Source: Erysipelothrix larvae
GTDB taxonomy: Bacteria > Bacillota_I > Bacilli_A > Erysipelotrichales > Erysipelotrichaceae
Assembly (NCBI RefSeq): GCF_001545095.1
Contig: NZ_CP013213.1
Coordinates: forward strand, 2,070,001 to 2,102,000
Direction: 5' to 3'
Length of the DNA: 32,000 nucleotides
The translations under genes were made by a program, and so were the position numbers. The notes below the pieces were generated by a model. That model was not told where the DNA came from, did not search any database, and was given only the letters and a program-made list of their open reading frames with translations. Shown here piece after piece: positions 27,080 through 32,000 of the stretch. Position 1 is the stretch's first letter, and every line of letters begins with the position of its first letter.

Positions 27080-27493
27080 TCAAAAATTTTCAAGCATTTT
27101 ATCTAGATCTCTCTTCAATTTACTAACGCTGCATAATGCCAGTGTTGCTACCTTTTCTATGTTCACATTGTTAACATACACCTCTGTCACAATCTTACGC
27201 TCTTCATAGGATAAACCGTCAAGGAACTGTGCAATATGATCCGTTCGGTGTTTGTACATTGCTAAACTATACTGATGCCGTTGCAGCTTCGTTAGCAAGT
27301 CCTGCTTACGTTCCTCAGGGCTTATAAAGCTTTTGCCTGGAGTTTTTGGAGCAGAAGGTGACCTAACACCTTCAAGCTCCGTTTCGATTTCCAATATCTT
27401 CCCTTCGAAGCCATGCACAACATTGAGCAGATACATGTAGTTTCTCAACTCATTCTTAGCATAGTTGATTTGTTGACGTTGTTCATCGGTCAT
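27080..27493 (-). CDS. RinA/ArpU-type phage late transcriptional activator (sigma region-4-like HTH)
   Basis: 137 aa. C-terminal LSYEERKIVTEVYVNNVNIEKVATLALCSVSKLKRDLDKMLENF resembles a sigma-70 region-4 HTH. Position just upstream of the packaging genes. Start set at MTDEQRQQ (ATG 27493) behind AGAGGTGA. Confidence 0.6.
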   Translation of the reverse strand: MTDEQRQQINYAKNELRNYMYLLNVVHGFEGKILEIETELEGVRSPSAPKTPGKSFISPEERKQDLLTKLQRHQYSLAMYKHRTDHIAQFLDGLSYEERKIVTEVYVNNVNIEKVATLALCSVSKLKRDLDKMLENF

Positions 27494-27593
27494 CGGAATC
27501 ACCTCTGGAGCCACCAATGATTATTGATAATACCAACATGCCAGTAAGCCCACCTAGAATGTACCCAAACAAGAATGGCCATAAATTACTCAT
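27483..27593 (-). CDS. Unannotated 36-codon hydrophobic peptide: MSNLWPFLFGYILGGLTGMLVLSIIIGGSRGDSDDR
   Basis: Hand translation. A GGAGG SD (27607-27603) lies 9 nt before ATG 27593. The ORF overlaps the stop of the upstream gene and the start of the late activator by 11 nt. Below the track size cutoff. Confidence 0.45.
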   Translation of the reverse strand: MSNLWPFLFGYILGGLTGMLVLSIIIGGSRGDSDDR

Positions 27594-27843
27594 GATCCTT
27601 TACCTCCAGTTCTATTTTCTTGTACTTAGTTTCTCTTTCCCCTCTTCTTTCACGAGCAGTCAAGGGTGATACAGGAAGGGAACGCATATATTCCCTTAGT
27701 CCTATGCCATACTTATTTTGATGAAGCTTATCCAACAATTCCATCCGTTCTGTTTGAGTATTAACTTGTAGTGCTTTCAAGCTTGGTAGATTATGTAACC
27801 AAGAGTTCTGACCATTACGTCTAACTTCAACAATTATCATCAT
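27586..27843 (-). CDS. Hypothetical protein, 85 aa
   Basis: ORF in the early/middle phage gene string. No motif recognised. Confidence 0.5.
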   Translation of the reverse strand: MMIIVEVRRNGQNSWLHNLPSLKALQVNTQTERMELLDKLHQNKYGIGLREYMRSLPVSPLTARERRGERETKYKKIELEVKDHE

Positions 27844-27868
27844 TCATCTTTTCCCTTCTTACTTCGTG

Positions 27869-28120
27869 TCAAACTTCGTCAGATGCAGATACTGTTAATG
27901 TAGCATCACAAGGAATCCACCCTGAAGCAGAAAATATAGTAATGCTTTTTGATATAGGCACTTCTGTACTTAGTGACATCAATTTTAACTCCCCACGATC
28001 ATCTTTGTGACAAAGATAGAATGCATCATCCTTCATGACAACTTGGCCAGCTTCAATTTCAGATAGATTGATTGTTTTTACTTCTTTGGTCTCTACGTTT
28101 AATTTAATTTTGTTCATCAT
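27869..28120 (-). CDS. Hypothetical protein, 83 aa
   Basis: ORF abutting the upstream gene (stop/start overlap at 28120). No motif recognised. Confidence 0.5.
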   Translation of the reverse strand: MMNKIKLNVETKEVKTINLSEIEAGQVVMKDDAFYLCHKDDRGELKLMSLSTEVPISKSITIFSASGWIPCDATLTVSASDEV

Positions 28121-28575
28121 TATTTTCCTTCTCCTTTTTTAGGTGTTACATTTGTTACTTCAATCTCTTCACACATATCTCTTAGCACTGGTGATATCTT
28201 CTCGATTTCAGATCGTGTGAATTTAGTTTGGAAATCGACACTCTCCAACGGACCTAAGAAAATGTATTCATCTTCGCTTTTACGATAATTTAAGCATCCG
28301 TTTCCAATCGCTTTTGCAACGGTTGTATCTTTGACTATCAACCAATACTTAGACGCTTCACGTTCCCATACAGTTATCCATTCTACAGGTTTTCCATGTT
28401 CGCTAGTTGGTCTTCGAATCTCCATAATGTCATAGGACTCATGAGTGGTGTGAGTTAAGTCTTTGTTGTAAAACTTTTTACGGTTTTGAGTTATATCTTC
28501 ACCGACACAAAGGTCATATTCTCTTCTTCTTTTGACTATATACCCCACTTGCAACAATTCTCTTAAATCATTCAT
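28120..28575 (-). CDS. Hypothetical protein, 151 aa
   Basis: ORF overlapping its neighbours by 1-4 nt. No motif recognised. Confidence 0.55.
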   Translation of the reverse strand: MNDLRELLQVGYIVKRRREYDLCVGEDITQNRKKFYNKDLTHTTHESYDIMEIRRPTSEHGKPVEWITVWEREASKYWLIVKDTTVAKAIGNGCLNYRKSEDEYIFLGPLESVDFQTKFTRSEIEKISPVLRDMCEEIEVTNVTPKKGEGK

Positions 28576-28784
28576 TCTTCATGCTCCTTTATCAGTTCCA
28601 AGTCGTCTTCGTAAAACCACCAATTGTTATTGTTGTCTTGTAGATACCCATCATGCCCATCTTTTATATCTTCCGAATGAACGAGATAAGGTGCAGTCTC
28701 TCTCTTAATCGCAACAATCGTACCGATACCCTTTTGCTCCCCATCGTCAAACCTAACCTTATCCCCAATTTTTAACAATTTCAT
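28572..28784 (-). CDS. Hypothetical small protein, 70 aa
   Basis: ORF with 4-nt overlaps on both sides. No motif recognised. Confidence 0.5.
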   Translation of the reverse strand: MKLLKIGDKVRFDDGEQKGIGTIVAIKRETAPYLVHSEDIKDGHDGYLQDNNNNWWFYEDDLELIKEHEE

Positions 28785-29152
28785 TCTTCTTGCTCCTTAA
28801 TGATTTCTTTTGATTCTGTGTATCTTTCGTCCGTTTCTAGTGACGATAAGAACTCTTTGATGCGTTCGTATTTCTGTTCTTTTTCCAATAACGATTCAAG
28901 GTAATCTTTCTTAATCACAGTTACGCTCATTGAATGAACAGTTTGACGCTGTTTGGGAATGTGCACAGGTTCATAAACATTGATTAAACGTAAGTTGTTT
29001 TCCAGTTCTTTTACAATCTCACATCTAAGCGAATGTATCGTTTGTTCATGTAAGGCTCTCATATTTAATACAGAATCTTTATAGACTTCGTCAGCAATAC
29101 CAACCGCTGCATATAGTGTTTCGTAGTCTTTTTTCTCAAATGTCATATTCAT
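28781..29152 (-). CDS. Hypothetical protein, 123 aa
   Basis: ORF behind an AGGAGG SD downstream of ssb. No motif recognised. Confidence 0.55.
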   Translation of the reverse strand: MNMTFEKKDYETLYAAVGIADEVYKDSVLNMRALHEQTIHSLRCEIVKELENNLRLINVYEPVHIPKQRQTVHSMSVTVIKKDYLESLLEKEQKYERIKEFLSSLETDERYTESKEIIKEQEE

Positions 29153-29158
29153 CCTCCT

Positions 29159-29584
29159 TTAAAATGGTAAATCATCTGATGTGATGTCGATAATTGGTCC
29201 TTCATGTTGTTCATAATTTGGATAATGTGTTTCAGGCTCTGGTTGTGATTGTGTATTTCTTCTGTTTTCCGCATAGTCCAACGCTTGGACTTCATCAGTG
29301 ACTACTTCAGTCACATATACCGTTCTACCACTTGCATCTTCATAGGTTCTGCTTTGAAGCTTCCCAACAATTCCGAGCAATCTACCTTTCCCAATGTAGT
29401 TTGCTAGAAAATCTGCTTGACTGTTCCAAGCTACACAGTTAATAAAGTCAGCCTGGTCTTTGTCATTTCCATATTTCTTCCTATTAACCGCAAGCGTGAA
29501 CGATACTACCGATTTCCCTGTTGGTGTCTTTTTAAGGGTTGGATCTTTGGTGATTCTCCCTACTAATATTGATTTGTTTATCAT
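29159..29584 (-). CDS. ssb: Single-stranded DNA-binding protein
   Basis: OB-fold N-terminus (NKSILVGRITKDPTLKKTPTGKSVVSFTLAVNR) and an acidic C-terminal tip ending DDLPF. Confidence 0.9.
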   Translation of the reverse strand: MINKSILVGRITKDPTLKKTPTGKSVVSFTLAVNRKKYGNDKDQADFINCVAWNSQADFLANYIGKGRLLGIVGKLQSRTYEDASGRTVYVTEVVTDEVQALDYAENRRNTQSQPEPETHYPNYEQHEGPIIDITSDDLPF

Positions 29585-29596
29585 TTTTAATTCCTC

Positions 29597-30940
29597 CTAG
29601 AAATGATATTCTATTTTATTTTTCTTGCTCCAATTAACCAAGAATTCTTGCACCTCTTTTGGGGCCGGACAATTGTTTTTCCCTCGTGCTTGGGTTATTC
29701 TTTTCCCCATTACTTCAACCGTTATATACGGTTCATTTGGTGTGTCCTTTTTTCGAACGAATAATATTTCAGCCGTTCCATCCGCAACTTTATCTACATA
29801 TGACTTGACGCAATGTTTGAGAAACTTAGATTCATTAATTAATTCAAAGGGTTCCTGAGCAGGTCGAATCAATAATCCATCACGTTCCAATATGTGTGCT
29901 TTATTCATTTCGAAATGAATTTTAAATCCCTCTGCATACTTTTCTAGTTCCACTTCATTTAAATTTTTATATGCATCATCATGAGCGCGGTGTAGATCAG
30001 GTGGGTATAAAACTCTATTTCTGTAAAGCTCATATCCCAACTTTTTTGCGAACCGTAAATAATCGTTGTAAATAGAGACTTCATAGTCATTTGCAACTAT
30101 GTATGACAACGTTTTTTTATTCAATACCGTAATGTGTTCACTTAAATATTTGTACTTGCCGTTATGAAATTCTTCAAATAATTTAGTTTCTTCGCAACTC
30201 AATTTCTTTTGTTTGATGAAATCAATGTTTTTTCTTAAAAATTGTAGTGATACCCCAGCTTCTAAGAAGCAAAAGTCTTGCCTTGAAATACCTAATATCT
30301 CTGGAAGAGTCGATTTGCTCCACCTCATAATTTTTGTTTCGTCTAATAAATGGTTCAAACCTTTTTTTACCAGGACTTCTAAGATTGGAATCTTGTCATA
30401 TTTGTGTAGGTAATAAAATAATGTATCGGGATAATGATCTGTTCTGTCATACACATATTCTGCAGCACTATATTTGTGACAACTTTGGTTAAGAATTGGC
30501 AAATAATCATTGAGAGTTTTCCACGTAATCTGTGTACCGATGTAATAACCACAACTTGCACCTGGTACATATTTATGAAGGTTCACTTTTTTCCACTTTA
30601 GACTCCCTGTGTCACTGTTGAAGCTGAATGCTGTATTCGGAAATGTTCCGCTCATTCCTGCGATGATTCCGCTTATTATTTTTTTATTTGAGCCTGCTAG
30701 ATATCTAGTTATTTCCCTTGCTTCACGATAAATTTGTTTATTGATGCATCCTTCTTCGAGATAGAAGAGACGGCAAATTAACCGCCCTCTCCAAATCTCA
30801 TAAACCTCAAAGATAGTTTTTTTATGAATGCGTTTCTTTCTGCTCGAGCCATACGTTTCTTCTTCCATCCAATATTTTCTAAATGAATTTGCTGTGTATT
30901 CCTTTAATTTGAGAGTCGCTAACTTATCTAATAGATCCAT
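29597..30940 (-). CDS. PcfJ-like protein
   Basis: 447 aa. The C-terminal block LKHCVKSYVDKVADGTAEILFVRKKDTPNEPYITVEV...ITQARGKNN matches my memory of the PcfJ-like domain. It sits next to a PcfK-like gene. Confidence 0.65.
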   Translation of the reverse strand: MDLLDKLATLKLKEYTANSFRKYWMEEETYGSSRKKRIHKKTIFEVYEIWRGRLICRLFYLEEGCINKQIYREAREITRYLAGSNKKIISGIIAGMSGTFPNTAFSFNSDTGSLKWKKVNLHKYVPGASCGYYIGTQITWKTLNDYLPILNQSCHKYSAAEYVYDRTDHYPDTLFYYLHKYDKIPILEVLVKKGLNHLLDETKIMRWSKSTLPEILGISRQDFCFLEAGVSLQFLRKNIDFIKQKKLSCEETKLFEEFHNGKYKYLSEHITVLNKKTLSYIVANDYEVSIYNDYLRFAKKLGYELYRNRVLYPPDLHRAHDDAYKNLNEVELEKYAEGFKIHFEMNKAHILERDGLLIRPAQEPFELINESKFLKHCVKSYVDKVADGTAEILFVRKKDTPNEPYITVEVMGKRITQARGKNNCPAPKEVQEFLVNWSKKNKIEYHF

Positions 30941-30942
30941 AA

Positions 30943-31287
30943 TTAGAAATCAAACACATCTTCATCTTCGTCCGGAAGCACCAACTCTTCTGTTTTTTGC
31001 ATTGATGTGTCTTTTCCTTTCTTAGGTTCGAAGTCTAGCAAATCCTCATCGTAATAATGTTGGGCCCACCCAAATACCGTTTCATCTTCAACCATTGCTG
31101 CTCCATTCTGTGAGACTTTCTTAGCCTCAGATGTAACGAATTTATACATACCCTCTAAGGATTTGTTTGGCTTGTCTAGAGATTCTGATACGCTAGAATC
31201 CTTCATTGCGTTATCAAGTAAATGTTGTGCAATCCGTACAATACTAGGATGTGTTTCTTTTTCTAAATCAAGTTGGATCTTAAGCAT
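30943..31287 (-). CDS. PcfK-like protein (family that includes Cas9 inhibitor AcrIIA9)
   Basis: 114 aa. KSLEGMYKFVTSEAKK...GAAMVEDETVFGWAQHYYDED matches the remembered PcfK-like signature. Confidence 0.6.
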   Translation of the reverse strand: MLKIQLDLEKETHPSIVRIAQHLLDNAMKDSSVSESLDKPNKSLEGMYKFVTSEAKKVSQNGAAMVEDETVFGWAQHYYDEDLLDFEPKKGKDTSMQKTEELVLPDEDEDVFDF

Positions 31288-32000
31288 TTTTAATCAACTC
31301 CTTCTCATCGTCACTGACTGGATATTCAAACACTTCCAAGTAGCTGTATAATTTCCCTAAGTCATTGTTTCTTTCGAGAAGTGAATATGCTCCTACAACT
31401 AGATAATTTGAACGGTTCTTAAGCATCCTTTCCTTCGCGCCCTCATTACTTAACTTGTGAGGGTTAGTTAATTCATTAAAAATATTTGAGTCATTTTTGT
31501 AATTTCCATCTATAAATGATTCGTTAATTACTCCAACTGCTGTTGCAACCTGATTTGGAGTGATTTTATTTTTGAACACTTCCGACACAAATTTTTTGCG
31601 CAATCCTCTAGCGATAACACGCATTTCAATTGTTTTTGTTTCTTCTTGTTCAATACTAGTGTCGTTTTGAGTTTCAACTTCTGCTTTTTCAACTTCAGTT
31701 GCTGATGCTTCTTGTTTTGTTTTTGCCTTTTCAACTTCCATCCTAAAATTATTTGTACCGATATGTTTTAATAGAGAGTTTCTAACATCGATATCTTCAA
31801 TCTCTTCTAGAGCGATATAATCATCAATTGTACCTTGCGATTGACGAACCAAATCTTGATCAAGTTCTAGCATCTTCAATCTGCGTTTAACCGTTTTCTT
31901 GCTGAAGCCAGTTTTCTTAGAAATATCAGCCTCAGACATTCCGAGATCAAGACATTGTTGGATGCCCTGCGCCTGTTCATAAGGTGTCAGGTCGCTCCTT
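31280..32000 (-). CDS. ParB-like (ParB/Spo0J N-terminal domain family) protein, 5' end outside the window
   Basis: The frame stays open to the window edge (...RSDLTPYEQAQGIQQCLDLGMSEADISKKTGFSKKTVKRRLKMLELD), which is a ParB-type HTH region. Acidic, Lys-rich middle section. Confidence 0.65.
   Translation of the reverse strand, partial: RSDLTPYEQAQGIQQCLDLGMSEADISKKTGFSKKTVKRRLKMLELDQDLVRQSQGTIDDYIALEEIEDIDVRNSLLKHIGTNNFRMEVEKAKTKQEASATEVEKAEVETQNDTSIEQEETKTIEMRVIARGLRKKFVSEVFKNKITPNQVATAVGVINESFIDGNYKNDSNIFNELTNPHKLSNEGAKERMLKNRSNYLVVGAYSLLERNNDLGKLYSYLEVFEYPVSDDEKELIKNA

Overview
AT-rich, low-GC Bacillota-type sequence in two parts. (1) 1-8.6 kb holds chromosomal housekeeping genes, all on the minus strand: a potA-like ABC ATPase (runs off the left edge), an XRE/cupin regulator, thioredoxin, a Cof-type HAD phosphatase, a DagK/YegS-type lipid kinase, an LCP-family (LytR-CpsA-Psr) gene whose last ~54 codons are out of frame, a membrane-anchored hypothetical, an iron-type alcohol dehydrogenase and a sugar-phosphate nucleotidyltransferase. 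(2) A plus-strand tRNA-Thr(GGU) at 8939-9012 marks the junction with a siphovirus-type prophage that fills the rest of the window (about 9.05-32.0 kb). Its lysogeny/integrase end lies beyond the right edge. Read on the minus strand from 32000 downwards, the gene order is canonical: ParB-like, PcfK-like, PcfJ-like and SSB early genes; small hypotheticals; a RinA/ArpU-type late activator; a two-gene accessory cassette; HNH endonuclease; a probable cos region; TerS, TerL, portal, prohead protease and HK97-type capsid; connector and tail-completion genes; major tail protein; frameshifted tail chaperones; tape measure, Dit and Tal; a 270-aa fibre protein; three small paralogous fibre-tip genes; holin and M23 endolysin. 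A plus-strand two-gene moron sits next to the tRNA. The most unusual observations are: (a) a perfect (GT)14 microsatellite inside a 44-codon upstream ORF between the fibre gene and the fibre-tip paralogs, where one repeat-length class would couple the uORF stop (TAATG) to the first paralog, a candidate slipped-strand phase switch for tail-tip proteins; (b) two self-contained two-gene accessory cassettes of unknown function (9203-9910 plus strand with an 18-bp palindromic operator in its promoter; 25795-26755 with its own repeat-flanked promoter and terminator); (c) an unannotated 36-codon membrane-peptide ORF overlapping two genes. All functional calls come from reading translated motifs, gene order and sequence signals. 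No database search or structure prediction was possible.
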